37,704 bases of DNA from an uncultured Bdellovibrionales bacterium (GCA_964404075.1 CAYOIM010000003.1:1-37704); one strand, 5' to 3'; shown: positions 8,550 through 17,980, counted from the first letter of the stretch. Notes: generated from the letters alone by a model not told the origin. A program made the numbers and translations.

Positions 8550-9125
8550 CAATGAAAACCACCAGCCTTGCTGGTGGTTTCTGTCCTGCAGGCTAAGCCT
8601 GCGGATAGAGAGGGAGTGGCGTCAGCTCTCGTTGATGATGTTGCTGATTCTCAACATATTTTTTCACGACCATCTCATTCACTCCAACGGTTGATATGAA
8701 ATAGCCACGGTTCCACAAAGTTCCTTGCGGAAACTTCTTTGTCTGCTTTTTGATCCAGGCTGAAGATTTTCCTTTGATCACTGCTACTGCATACGAAACC
8801 GGGTATTTTGGAGGTATTGTGACAAAGAGATGGATATGCTCATCACCGATGTGCCAGGCGTGTATAACGAAGCCCTTCCATTGGCAGATGAGCTTGATGA
8901 TTCGTTTGAGCTGAGCTTTAATGTATTTATCTTCCAGAACCTTTCCTCTGTACTTGGGTGTCCAGACGAGATGATACTGGCAGATGTATGTACAATGGCT
9001 GAGTTGATAGACTCTCCGGTTTGCCATACTAAAATCACCTCCTTCCTAGGGGTGATTTTTAGTATATACCCACGCGCTACGCTTTCAACGCACACACCGG
9101 CTAAAGCCGGTGGTTTTTGGTGATA
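8550..9125 (-). mobile_element. IS200/IS605-type insertion sequence (tnpA only); boundaries approximate
   Basis: An intact Y1 transposase gene is flanked by two similar subterminal hairpins in the same orientation. One is caccggc-taaa-gccggtg+gttt (9095-9112) and the other is aaaccaccag-ccttg-ctggtggttt (8556-8580). Confidence 0.65.
8593..9027 (-). CDS. tnpA: IS200/IS605 family Y1 (HUH) transposase
   Basis: 144 aa. It has an HUH motif (DEHIHLFVT), a catalytic Tyr region (NRGYFISTVG) and the typical N-terminus YHLVWTPKYR. Confidence 0.9.
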   Translation of the reverse strand: MANRRVYQLSHCTYICQYHLVWTPKYRGKVLEDKYIKAQLKRIIKLICQWKGFVIHAWHIGDEHIHLFVTIPPKYPVSYAVAVIKGKSSAWIKKQTKKFPQGTLWNRGYFISTVGVNEMVVKKYVENQQHHQRELTPLPLYPQA

Positions 9126-9154
9126 ACAAAAGAGTATCACGATAGTGATACTCT
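9123..9154 (-). terminator. Intrinsic terminator after pcrA
   Basis: A perfect 10-bp stem, agagtatcac-gata-gtgatactct, is followed on the minus strand by tttgtt. It lies about 45 nt after the pcrA stop. Confidence 0.6.
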
Positions 9155-9200
9155 TTGAGTATAGGAACAGCTTCCCTTGAAACTGCTTTTATATTCGGTG

Positions 9201-11465
9201 TTACACCTTCCGTATCGGAGCAATCCCCAGTGCCATCTTTTTTACGCCGGCGCGTTTGAATGCGATGGTCGCTATCGTACCGGCGAGGGAGATGATGAGT
9301 CCGCCGCCGAACTGCGCGTGTTCCACCATGTCCCCCGGCCTGACCTCGCCCGGCTGGATGAAGGATCCTCCCATCGTCGCATCACCACCACCCGACATCA
9401 TTTTCGGCAGAGTAGATGCCACAGATTTCCTTGACGAAGCATACGAAGGTCGGAAACTATTGCGAGACCGATTCCCCGAGAGGGAAAGCATGGATTGTTT
9501 CATCTGTTCCGCTTCATGGATGAGCATATCGGGAATCTCCGAGAGAAATCGTGAGGGTGGATTCACCTGCGTCGATCCGAAGAGGAGCCGCTGTTCCGCA
9601 TGGAGGAGATAACACTTTTCCTTGGCACGAGTGAGTGCGACATACATGAGCCGCCGCTCCTCTTCCAATTCTCCCGGAGAGAGATTCGCGCGCGAGTGTG
9701 GGAACACCCCTTCTTCGAGTCCGACGAGGAAGACGACCGGAAATTCGAGTCCCTTCGCGCTGTGTATCGTCATGAGCTGTACGGAATCCGCGCGCGTCTC
9801 GATCTCATCCGTATCCGATGCGAGCGCCACTTCCTCGAGGAGCATGCCGAGCGCTTCTTCGGTCGGACGGCCATCGTATTTCTTCGCGACGGAGAAAAAT
9901 TCTTTCGCGTTTTCTTCGCGCGCTGTCCCTTCGGCTGTCCCGTCAGAAAGCGAGGCGAGGTATCCGCTCTCGCGCGCGACCTTCTCGACAAACCTCGAGA
10001 GATCCGTCCGTGCGCCATCGAAACCGAATCGGAGTTCCTCGCTCCATCGAATAAAATTACTCGTGAACGATTGTATCGCCGCGATCTTCCCCTCGCGTAG
10101 TCCGCTCGTCGTAGGCTCCATCATGCGCGATGCCTCGATCGGATTCACGCCCTTCATTTCCGCGAATTGCAACCAAGTTGCAACAGTTGCCTCGCCGATG
10201 CCGCGCTTTGGCTCGTTCACGATCCTCTGTAGGGCGAGCCGATCCGTCGGATTGCCGACGAGACGAAGATACGCCACCACATCCTTCACTTCCTTCCGTT
10301 GATAGAATTTCAATCCGCCGATAATCCGATACGGTATCGATGCGCGCAGGAATGTCTCCTCGAGCAATCGCGACTGCGCATTCGTCCGGTAGAGGATTGC
10401 GAAGTCTCCGTATCGTCGTCCACTCTCTTTCATCTTCGCTATTTCCTGCGCGACGAAACGGGATTCTTCTTCCTCATCCCGTGCCGGGTAGAGCGTGAGC
10501 GGTTCGCCCACCAATTTATCCGTCCAGAGTTTCTTGTGTCGCTGATTCGTATTGTTCCCGATCACGCCATGCGCCGCATCGAGAATAACTTGCGTCGAAC
10601 GATAATTCCGATCGAGCGTGATGACGACCGCATCGGCATACTCCTTCTCGAAATCGAGGATATTGCGTATATCCGCCTGGCGCCATCCATAGATAGATTG
10701 ATAGTCATCGCCGATAACGAAGAGATTGCGATGTTTGCCAGCGAGGAGGGAGATAATGGTATATTGCAATCGATTCGTATCCTGATACTCATCCACCATG
10801 ATATACCGGAAGAGATCCTGATATTTCGCAAGCACTTTCGGATGCGCCTGGAGGAGCTTCACGGTCTGTGCGATGAGGTCATCGAAGTCGAGCGTGTTTT
10901 CCTTACGCAAAGTCGCTTCATACACGGCATACACTTTCGCCGTGATTTCCTCGAGATAATTGCCCGCCTGCGTCGCGTACCCCGCGGCGTCGAGGAGATC
11001 ATTTTTCGCTCGGGAAATCCGCTCAAGTATCGAACGGGGCTTCATCTGATCGGGATCGATCTCATTTTCCCGCAGGGCTTTCCTGATAATCGAGATCTGA
11101 TCATCCGTATCGGAAATCGTGAAATTCTTCGCATACCCGAGCACCTCGATATCGCTCCGCAGGATACGCGAACAGATACTATGAAATGTCCCCAGAGTCG
11201 GCATCGCCGATCCCGAGAGCCCGATCGCCGGATCGGCGAGCAATTTCTGCACGCGCTCCCGCATCTCCCCCGCCGCCTTGTTCGTGAAGGTCACCGCGAG
11301 GATATTTTGCGGACGGATCTTGTTCTCCGTCATAAGATAGGCGATGCGATGTGTGAGCGTCTTCGTCTTCCCCGACCCCGCCCCCGCGAGAATGAGCACC
11401 GGTCCCTCGGTCGTCTTCATCGCCCGCGCCTGCTCGGGATTCAGCCCCTGTTCCAATGGATGCAT
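9201..11465 (-). CDS. pcrA: ATP-dependent DNA helicase, UvrD/PcrA family
   Basis: 754 aa. It has Walker A (AGAGSGKTKTL), motif II (MVDEYQDTN) and other SF1 motifs (YRSTQ, TIHSAKGLEF). The C-terminal Tudor-like tail (GDMVEHAQFGGG) is typical of UvrD/PcrA. Confidence 0.93.
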   Translation of the reverse strand: MHPLEQGLNPEQARAMKTTEGPVLILAGAGSGKTKTLTHRIAYLMTENKIRPQNILAVTFTNKAAGEMRERVQKLLADPAIGLSGSAMPTLGTFHSICSRILRSDIEVLGYAKNFTISDTDDQISIIRKALRENEIDPDQMKPRSILERISRAKNDLLDAAGYATQAGNYLEEITAKVYAVYEATLRKENTLDFDDLIAQTVKLLQAHPKVLAKYQDLFRYIMVDEYQDTNRLQYTIISLLAGKHRNLFVIGDDYQSIYGWRQADIRNILDFEKEYADAVVITLDRNYRSTQVILDAAHGVIGNNTNQRHKKLWTDKLVGEPLTLYPARDEEEESRFVAQEIAKMKESGRRYGDFAILYRTNAQSRLLEETFLRASIPYRIIGGLKFYQRKEVKDVVAYLRLVGNPTDRLALQRIVNEPKRGIGEATVATWLQFAEMKGVNPIEASRMMEPTTSGLREGKIAAIQSFTSNFIRWSEELRFGFDGARTDLSRFVEKVARESGYLASLSDGTAEGTAREENAKEFFSVAKKYDGRPTEEALGMLLEEVALASDTDEIETRADSVQLMTIHSAKGLEFPVVFLVGLEEGVFPHSRANLSPGELEEERRLMYVALTRAKEKCYLLHAEQRLLFGSTQVNPPSRFLSEIPDMLIHEAEQMKQSMLSLSGNRSRNSFRPSYASSRKSVASTLPKMMSGGGDATMGGSFIQPGEVRPGDMVEHAQFGGGLIISLAGTIATIAFKRAGVKKMALGIAPIRKV

Positions 11466-11627
11466 GCTTTTTTTCTTAATAATCTCTTCAAAACCATCCT
11501 ATTGTACCATGATAATCCCTCTCCGTCGTTCATATAAAATAATAGGAAATGAAATACGATTCTATTGACAAAATCGAGAAAAAACATTACCTTTATCCTA
11601 CTTTTCCCACTCGAGGAGCACCTTACC

Positions 11628-12053
11628 ATGATTCAGCGATCTTTCGTCTTCATGCCAACGGATAGCCCAAACAGACTCATTGTTGCCGCTGTAAAAGAAA
11701 GAATGGAGTCCAATCTTGGCTGGCTTCTTGCTCTGGATGCTCACAATACATGGAGTAATCCACAGGAGGCAGTTCAAGACCTATTGTCTCTCCTTTATTC
11801 TGTCGACCTCGCAACGTCAATGGCCGGGAAAGAATTTCAAGGAAACGAGGATGTTGCAGCCATGAATCGAGAATGGGCAATCTCGTCGCCAAAGATGCTC
11901 AAATATCTCACAGACCTTCTCTCTCAGCCAAAAAATATCAATCTCGGCGAAATATCACACTGGTTTGCATTTCTTACCGTGCGACGACAAACACTCGAAC
12001 TTAACGGAATCTCAGTTCCTTCCACTGAAGAAAGTCCGGTTCAGCAAGCCTGA
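11628..12053 (+). CDS. Hypothetical protein
   Basis: 141 aa. The ATG at 11628 is preceded by GAGGAG. A clean terminator follows. I recognise no motif. Confidence 0.5.
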   Translation: MIQRSFVFMPTDSPNRLIVAAVKERMESNLGWLLALDAHNTWSNPQEAVQDLLSLLYSVDLATSMAGKEFQGNEDVAAMNREWAISSPKMLKYLTDLLSQPKNINLGEISHWFAFLTVRRQTLELNGISVPSTEESPVQQA

Positions 12054-12068
12054 TCCACATCACCCTTT

Positions 12069-12093
12069 GGGCAAGTCCACTTGCCCTTTTTTT
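12069..12093 (+). terminator. Intrinsic terminator
   Basis: gggcaag-tcca-cttgccc followed by ttttttt. Confidence 0.75.
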
Positions 12094-12142
12094 ATTCCGT
12101 AAACTCTTGTTTTCAGCTCATTTCCACCGTACAATTATAACC

Positions 12143-13771
12143 ATGAAACAATATCTCACTAAAGCCATTTCCTTCATCGAAAAAAACGAGCTCTCCTATG
12201 GCTCATTCCTCTGTGCTTTCATCTCCCTCATTTTCCTTCGCCTCCTCGTCGAGAACACCGTCGGCGGATTCCCGACTCGTCCATTTCTCTATTTCTTCTT
12301 CGAATTCTCTCACACTCTTCTCTTTTTCCTGTTCTCTTTTCTCCTCTTTCTTCCCCTTCTCTCCTCCTTCGCCAGATCAACGCTCAAAGCCACCACGAAT
12401 ATCCTCCTCTTCGGCTTTCTCATCATCCTCACTCCGCCGCTCATCGACTGGTACATTTCCGGTGGCACCGGGTATTGGAGCTTCTATGAGTTCGATGGGA
12501 TCCGCGGACTCATCGGTCGCTACTTCTCCTTCTTCGGCAGTACGCCGGAAATCGGAGTCACCTATGGCGTTCGCATCGAAGTCACTCTCTCCATCCTCCT
12601 CTTCGCCCTGTATATTTTCCTCAAAACAAAGGATTTCTTTCGCGTGCTTATCGGAAGTATCGCGTCGTACACAGTCTTCTTCATCCTCGGAACATTTCCA
12701 TCATACATCACCATCGCTTTCCTCGGATTTTCCAAGGGATTCCTCGCTGTTACCGAGGCCGATGTCGCTGGACTCTTCCTCTCTCCGAACAACATCTTCT
12801 TCCGATCACTCATCGATCCGGTCTCCGCACTCAATTTCAAGGCGTCACTCGTCTACGGGCTCCTCCTCATTCTCACCATCGGACTCTTCCTCTTTTTCTC
12901 CCAGAGGAAAATGTTTCTCGCGCTCTTTCATAATGTCCGATTCCCGCAGGTCATCTACCACGAAGGACTCGCGCTCCTCGGTGTCATATCCGCATTTTTC
13001 TTCGTCCATCTCCCATTCGATCCGTCTTTTTTCGATATTCTCGCGATTCTCATGCTCATAGCCGCCGTCATCTCCGCATGGATCACCTCCGTCATCATGA
13101 ACGACCTCTCCGATCAGAACATCGACGCGATGACCAATCCTACGCGCCCACTCCCGACGAATACTATCGATCTCAATACCTATTCCACTATTGGCATCTC
13201 CTTCTTCATCGCCTCACTCATTCTCGCGGGCATCATTTCTTTCAAAATACTGCTCATCATCCTCTGCTACCAAGCGATTGCCTGGGTGTATTCCGCCCCA
13301 CCATTCCGACTGAAGCGATTCCCTCTCATCGCGACACTCTCTGCCGCTTGCGCAAGCCTCCTCATCCTTCTTTCCGGATTTTTCCTCGTCGCTCCGGAGG
13401 GACTCCACACTTTCCCTAAGCCACTCCTCTTCTTTCTCCTCATTGCCTACACCCTGGTACTTCCCATCAAGGACTTCAAAGACATCCAAGGCGACCGCGC
13501 TGACGGTGTCTTCACCCTTCCCGTCCTCCTCGGTGAATCCATGGCCAAGCTTTTCATCGGCGGAGCGACCTTTCTCTTGTTCATCGGAAGCGTCTTCGTC
13601 CTCCGCACTCCGAAACTCATGCTCCCCGCCTTTCTCTTCGGCACTCTCACCTTCTGGCTCCTCCAGAAATCCACCATTGATCATCCACTCTTCTCCTATC
13701 GCCATCTCGCCGCGTGGCTCATCGGGATCATCACCTGCTACGGCTTCATCTCCCTCCTTATCCTCTTTTGA
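12143..13771 (+). CDS. Polytopic membrane protein with a C-terminal UbiA-family prenyltransferase domain
   Basis: 542 aa. The Asp-rich motifs NDLSDQNIDAMTNPTRPLP and KDFKDIQGDRADGVFTLP fall in the C-terminal half. The N-terminal ~300 aa form an additional multi-TM domain. The first ATG is at 12143; the ORF opens with TTG at 12107. Confidence 0.8.
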   Translation: MKQYLTKAISFIEKNELSYGSFLCAFISLIFLRLLVENTVGGFPTRPFLYFFFEFSHTLLFFLFSFLLFLPLLSSFARSTLKATTNILLFGFLIILTPPLIDWYISGGTGYWSFYEFDGIRGLIGRYFSFFGSTPEIGVTYGVRIEVTLSILLFALYIFLKTKDFFRVLIGSIASYTVFFILGTFPSYITIAFLGFSKGFLAVTEADVAGLFLSPNNIFFRSLIDPVSALNFKASLVYGLLLILTIGLFLFFSQRKMFLALFHNVRFPQVIYHEGLALLGVISAFFFVHLPFDPSFFDILAILMLIAAVISAWITSVIMNDLSDQNIDAMTNPTRPLPTNTIDLNTYSTIGISFFIASLILAGIISFKILLIILCYQAIAWVYSAPPFRLKRFPLIATLSAACASLLILLSGFFLVAPEGLHTFPKPLLFFLLIAYTLVLPIKDFKDIQGDRADGVFTLPVLLGESMAKLFIGGATFLLFIGSVFVLRTPKLMLPAFLFGTLTFWLLQKSTIDHPLFSYRHLAAWLIGIITCYGFISLLILF

Positions 13772-14575
13772 TCACCGCCCCTCGAACATTTGTGAGAGTT
13801 TCTCCCACTGCTCTATGGAGAGTTCCTGCGCGCGAACCGTCGGGAGAAGTCCGAGATGAGCGATGATCGGCTCGATCTCGGTACGGGGGAGATGGAAGGA
13901 ATTGGCGAAATTATTCACCAGGGTCTTCCGCCTCGCAGAAAAACCAGCCCGGACGACACGGAACACCTGCCGATCCCTTTCCGGATCGTACTCCCGACTC
14001 GGTATCACCCGGATCACCGCACTATTCACTTTCGGCACCGGATCGAATGATTCTTTCTTCACGAAAAATTGTTTCTCCACGCTCGCGTAGTATTGCGCCA
14101 TGACAGAGAGAAGCGACATGCTCCCCGGTTTCGCCGCGAGACGATCCGCCACTTCGTCTTGCACCATGAGTGTCATCGACAACGGCTGTCTCGAAAGGGA
14201 GAGCAGGGCACGGATGATCGGCGCGGTGATGTAGTACGGGATATTCGCCACGATCTTGTACTGTCGGTGTTCGTACCCGAGATTCTCCAGGAGTTCAGCG
14301 AGATGGATGTCGAGGATATTGCCTTCGAGGATCGACACATTCTCCGACTCGATGAACCGCTCATTCAGATGCGAGATGAGATCATGATCGAATTCGATCG
14401 CCATGACCTTCGCTCCAGTCGCGGCGAGCGCCTTAGTCAGCATGCCCGTTCCCGGACCGATTTCCAGAACCTTATCCCCCTCCTTCACTTGAGATGCGAA
14501 GATGATCTGCTCGATAACCAGATTATCCTTGAGGAAATTCTGCCCCAGATGTTTTTTCGCTTGTACTTTTTCCAT
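13772..14575 (-). CDS. rsmA: 16S rRNA (adenine1518/1519-N6)-dimethyltransferase
   Basis: It has KKHLGQNFLKD and the SAM motif VLEIGPGTGMLT. Start chosen at MEKVQAKKH (ATG 14575). The stop abuts the stop of the convergent UbiA-type gene. Confidence 0.9.
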   Translation of the reverse strand: MEKVQAKKHLGQNFLKDNLVIEQIIFASQVKEGDKVLEIGPGTGMLTKALAATGAKVMAIEFDHDLISHLNERFIESENVSILEGNILDIHLAELLENLGYEHRQYKIVANIPYYITAPIIRALLSLSRQPLSMTLMVQDEVADRLAAKPGSMSLLSVMAQYYASVEKQFFVKKESFDPVPKVNSAVIRVIPSREYDPERDRQVFRVVRAGFSARRKTLVNNFANSFHLPRTEIEPIIAHLGLLPTVRAQELSIEQWEKLSQMFEGR

Positions 14576-14585
14576 AGGTTCACTA

Positions 14586-15566
14586 TTAATTCGAAATTTC
14601 TTCCATGCGCACACGGATGACTCCGGCGCCGATGCTCGCGATCTTGGCAAAGGCGACTTTGTCGAGGTCGATGATGCGGCCCCCGACGAATGGTCCGCGA
14701 TCGTTGATGACGACGATAACGCTCTTCCCGTTCTCGAGATTGGTCACTTTGACGAAACTTCCTTTGGGAAGCCAGGGATTCGCCGCCGCCATCGTTCCCG
14801 TATAAGCATACCACGATGCGCCCCCCTCATGTTTCTTTCCCAGCTTGACGAAAGTCCCCTGGGTCACCTTTTCGGGGACGGACTCCTTCGTCACCTCCGT
14901 TTTCACAATTTTCCGACTCACTTCCTTGCCGTCATGATACGCCACACGATACATCGTCGTCCTCACTCCTTTCTCACCCTTCTGGGTGATTATTTTTTTT
15001 CGCCACGAGAGCGTATCGTCCTCCGTCGTCTTCGTCTCGAATGGAACCACCGTTTCCTTCACCTCTTCACGAATTTCCACGCGTATCACTGTTATTTTCA
15101 ATCCTTCAGTAAGGATGGTATCCCGCTCGGGCCTGACGATGTCATCGGGATCGAGGGCGATATTTTCTCTCGGAAACATCTCTCCGACGGTTCGCGCCTG
15201 GGAAATTATTTTCTGATCTCCTCCATCAATCTTCACCGTCACCTCCCTCGCCCGCGTAATGAAAATCGTCTGCCCGGAAATCGCCCGCGCAGACGATGCC
15301 GGCCGTACGCTGTCTTCCGCGCGCAAACGGATGCCAGCGTGCTGAAGTACTTCCCCCACGGTATTCCCCTCTCCATTTCGCAACTCCCCCACCAACCCAT
15401 CATCATTGATCGTCACTGTTTTCAACCCCGAAAAATCCAATCTCGAATTATCATAAAAAACAAAGCATGCAACCGAAACAATACATACCAAAAAAACAAA
15501 AAGGGAGGGTACTCTCTTTTTTCTATTTCCTCGTATCCAATATCTATTATCTAATATCCTCCCCAT
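14586..15566 (-). CDS. Cell-wall-associated protein: DUF348 repeats, G5 domain and an RlpA-like double-psi beta-barrel
   Basis: 326 aa. It has an N-terminal TM segment and a G5-like segment (VPFETKTTEDDTLSWRKKIITQKGEKGVRT). The C-terminal segment is RlpA/3D-like (GGASWYAY ... VVINDRGPFVGGRIIDL). Its ATG overlaps the comM stop as TAATG. Confidence 0.75.
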   Translation of the reverse strand: MGRILDNRYWIRGNRKKRVPSLFVFLVCIVSVACFVFYDNSRLDFSGLKTVTINDDGLVGELRNGEGNTVGEVLQHAGIRLRAEDSVRPASSARAISGQTIFITRAREVTVKIDGGDQKIISQARTVGEMFPRENIALDPDDIVRPERDTILTEGLKITVIRVEIREEVKETVVPFETKTTEDDTLSWRKKIITQKGEKGVRTTMYRVAYHDGKEVSRKIVKTEVTKESVPEKVTQGTFVKLGKKHEGGASWYAYTGTMAAANPWLPKGSFVKVTNLENGKSVIVVINDRGPFVGGRIIDLDKVAFAKIASIGAGVIRVRMEEISN

Positions 15567-17092
15567 TATTCTTCTTCCATAAACCGATACTGCAATGCCT
15601 CGGCGACATGTGTCGCGGCAATCTTTTCCTCTCTTGCGATATCCGCAATCGTTCGGGCGACCTTCAGGATGCGATGATACGCACGAGCAGAAAGACGATA
15701 CTTCGATACGGCATCCCGGAGCACCCCCTTCGAGACATCATCGAGCGCACAATGTATCCGTACCATTTCCCCGCTCATCTCCGAATTCGAGACGCACTTC
15801 GAACCGGCGAACCGCTCCCGCTGTTTCGTCCTGGCGCACTCGACACGCTTCCTGATATCCATGCTCTTCTCGCCATCGATACCCTCCTCCAATTTCTCCA
15901 CCTTCATCCGCGGGACGGAAATCTGGAGGTCGATGCGATCGAGTATCGGTCCCGAAACTTTCCGACGGTATTTGGAGAGGACAAAGGGTGGGCAAACGCA
16001 CTGCCGTTCCATATCGCCATGAAATCCGCACGGGCATGGATTCATCGCCGCGACCAAAGTGAATCGCGCCGGAAAACGATGCGTCCCCTTGGCGCGCGAG
16101 ACCGTCACCGTTCCTTCCTCCAGCGGTTGCCTGAGATTCTCGATCACCTGCCGGGAGAATTCCGGAAACTCATCGAGAAAGAGTATCCCGCGATGCGCGA
16201 GACTGATCTCCCCCGGACGAGGAAATGTCCCTCCTCCGACGAGCGACACCGCGCTCGCTCCGTGATGCGGCGATCGAAATGGTCGCTCCCGCACGAGTGA
16301 GTCCGTCTTCGGGAGGAGTCCTGCGACCGAGAAAATCTTCGTCACTTCGAGGCTCTCTTCGAAGGTGAGTTTCGGCAGTATCGAGGGGAGCGCCCTCGCG
16401 AGCAGGGTCTTCCCCGATCCCGGAGGTCCCGACATGAGTATGTTGTGCCCGCCGGCCGCCGCGATTTCGAGCGCCCGCTTCGCCTGTTCCTGTCCGCGGA
16501 TCGATGACATATCGGCGATACCCGGGTCATGCCCGAGTGGTTCGAAAATTGTTTCCGGAAGCGGGAGAATCGGCACTTCACCGGAGAAATGTTTCACGAG
16601 CGAGAGGAGATCGGTCACCGGAAAAATCGCGATACCGGAGACGAGTGCCGCCTCTCTCGCATTCTCAGCCGGAAGGTAGAGCTCTTCGAATCCTGCCTCC
16701 TTGGCGAAGAGCGCGATCGGAAGCACGCCATGCACGCGCCTCGTCTCACCGGAAAGCGACAGCTCTCCGAAAAAAAGCTTCTTCTTCGGATCGATATCCA
16801 CCTGACCCGTGGCGATGAGAAACGCGACTGCGAGCGGAAGGTCATAGATCGGCGCATTCTTCGGCACATCCGCCGGCGCGAGATTCGCCGTCACCCGTCC
16901 GCAGTAATGTGGCGGTTTGAAACCGGTATTTTTCAATGCGGAACTCACCCGATCACGGGATTCCTTCACGGAAGTATCGGGGAGTCCCACCAGGGTAAAA
17001 ACATGGAGTCCCTGCGAGAGGATATCCACTTCCACTTCGACGGCGAGTCCATCGAGTCCGAGCGTGACCGCTGAAAAAACCTTAGAAGACAT
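15566..17092 (-). CDS. comM: Mg-chelatase-like AAA+ ATPase, ComM/YifB family
   Basis: It has Walker A (GPPGSGKTLLA), Walker B (ILFLDEFPEF) and a typical N-terminus (VFSAVTLGLDGLAVEVEVD). Start taken as the ATG at 17092. The ORF opens at TTG 17134, inside lspA. Confidence 0.9.
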   Translation of the reverse strand: MSSKVFSAVTLGLDGLAVEVEVDILSQGLHVFTLVGLPDTSVKESRDRVSSALKNTGFKPPHYCGRVTANLAPADVPKNAPIYDLPLAVAFLIATGQVDIDPKKKLFFGELSLSGETRRVHGVLPIALFAKEAGFEELYLPAENAREAALVSGIAIFPVTDLLSLVKHFSGEVPILPLPETIFEPLGHDPGIADMSSIRGQEQAKRALEIAAAGGHNILMSGPPGSGKTLLARALPSILPKLTFEESLEVTKIFSVAGLLPKTDSLVRERPFRSPHHGASAVSLVGGGTFPRPGEISLAHRGILFLDEFPEFSRQVIENLRQPLEEGTVTVSRAKGTHRFPARFTLVAAMNPCPCGFHGDMERQCVCPPFVLSKYRRKVSGPILDRIDLQISVPRMKVEKLEEGIDGEKSMDIRKRVECARTKQRERFAGSKCVSNSEMSGEMVRIHCALDDVSKGVLRDAVSKYRLSARAYHRILKVARTIADIAREEKIAATHVAEALQYRFMEEE

Positions 17093-17093
17093 A

Positions 17094-17170
17094 TTCTTGA
17101 GAAGTGAGGGATTAGAGGTTAGAGGAGCAAACAACGGTTGTTCCGCTTTTTGAGCGGTGCAACCGCTGTT
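17094..17170. repeat. Purine-rich tract plus GC-rich quasi-palindrome, copy A3
   Basis: gagaagtgagggattagaggttagagg followed by cggttgttccgctttttgagcggtgcaaccgctg. It parallels 32412..32496. It overlaps the last ~17 codons of lspA and sits directly upstream of the comM ATG. Confidence 0.65.
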
Positions 17171-17580
17171 TGTGATTCAGAAATGGGAAGAAACCATCTT
17201 CTCTCCTCCCACAAGAATCCGATCACAGCGATAGTCAACAAAACATCGGCCATATTGAATACCGGAAACCAGGAGAAAACGGCAATATAATCCGTCACGC
17301 AACCAAACGAGATCCGCTCATACACATTCGACAATCCGCCCGCGAAAAAGAGTGCTCCCCAAAAGACCAGACGACCGCGCGCGTGCGAATGCATCATCCA
17401 CGAAACAAGGAAGAGCATGCCGATACCGACTCCGATGAGCAACACCATAGGCACCGACACTCCCCATGCCGCCCCCTCATTGCACACCGATTCCCCGATG
17501 AAAAAACGGATGACCTGGAGCGAGAGAAAAAGAAAGAGAACAGCAAGTACCACTCTCACTGTTCTCCATGCCTGTTTCAT
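17119..17580 (-). CDS. lspA: Lipoprotein signal peptidase (signal peptidase II)
   Basis: 153 aa. It has NEGAAWG, GGLSNVYERISFGCVTDYI and FPVFNMAD motifs and four TM segments. Confidence 0.88.
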   Translation of the reverse strand: MKQAWRTVRVVLAVLFLFLSLQVIRFFIGESVCNEGAAWGVSVPMVLLIGVGIGMLFLVSWMMHSHARGRLVFWGALFFAGGLSNVYERISFGCVTDYIAVFSWFPVFNMADVLLTIAVIGFLWEERRWFLPISESQTAVAPLKKRNNRCLLL

Positions 17581-17599
17581 ACCGGGGAGGGGTTCGGGC

Positions 17600-17950
17600 T
17601 TACTCCGCGTGTTCGGTGCAGGTGCTCGCGCTCGGATACGCTTTCAGTCGTTCCGGATTGATAGCCACTCCGCACTTCTCACACTTCCCATAGGAACCGG
17701 CTTCGACTCGCGACAACGCCTCCACAGTCGCACGCAGTTGCCCTTCGAGATTCGCTTCAAGACCGAGGTTATCGACATACTCCTCCACTTCGGAAGTATT
17801 CTCATCCCGCTCATTTCCCATATTCTGAAAAGTAGTCTCGTATTCCCCCGGAATGCCCGTCGGCTTGGCAAATCGGGAGAGCTCCTCCTCCAACCGCTTC
17901 CGCTCGGCTTCGAGTCGTGACCTCATTTCTTCCAAAAGTGTGGCATCCAT
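17600..17950 (-). CDS. DksA/TraR-family C4 zinc-finger protein
   Basis: 116 aa. A coiled-coil N-terminus is followed by CEKCGVAINPERLKAYPSASTC (C-x2-C ... C). Confidence 0.8.
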   Translation of the reverse strand: MDATLLEEMRSRLEAERKRLEEELSRFAKPTGIPGEYETTFQNMGNERDENTSEVEEYVDNLGLEANLEGQLRATVEALSRVEAGSYGKCEKCGVAINPERLKAYPSASTCTEHAE

Positions 17951-17980
17951 ACGAGTACATTATCCGTTTACTTCCCTTCC

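Noticed and set aside
12198-13061. A 287-aa Ser-rich ORF in an alternative frame of the UbiA-type gene.
   Set aside because: It is an out-of-frame product of a Leu/Phe-rich (CTC/TTC) membrane gene. It has extreme Ser/Pro bias and no start context.
13769-13774. Back-to-back stop codons of convergent genes (tga|tca) with zero spacer, considered as a possible sign of misassembly or an overlapping terminator.
   Set aside because: Both ORFs are full length with intact family motifs. Tight convergent packing is common in compact genomes. Nothing else about the junction is unusual.
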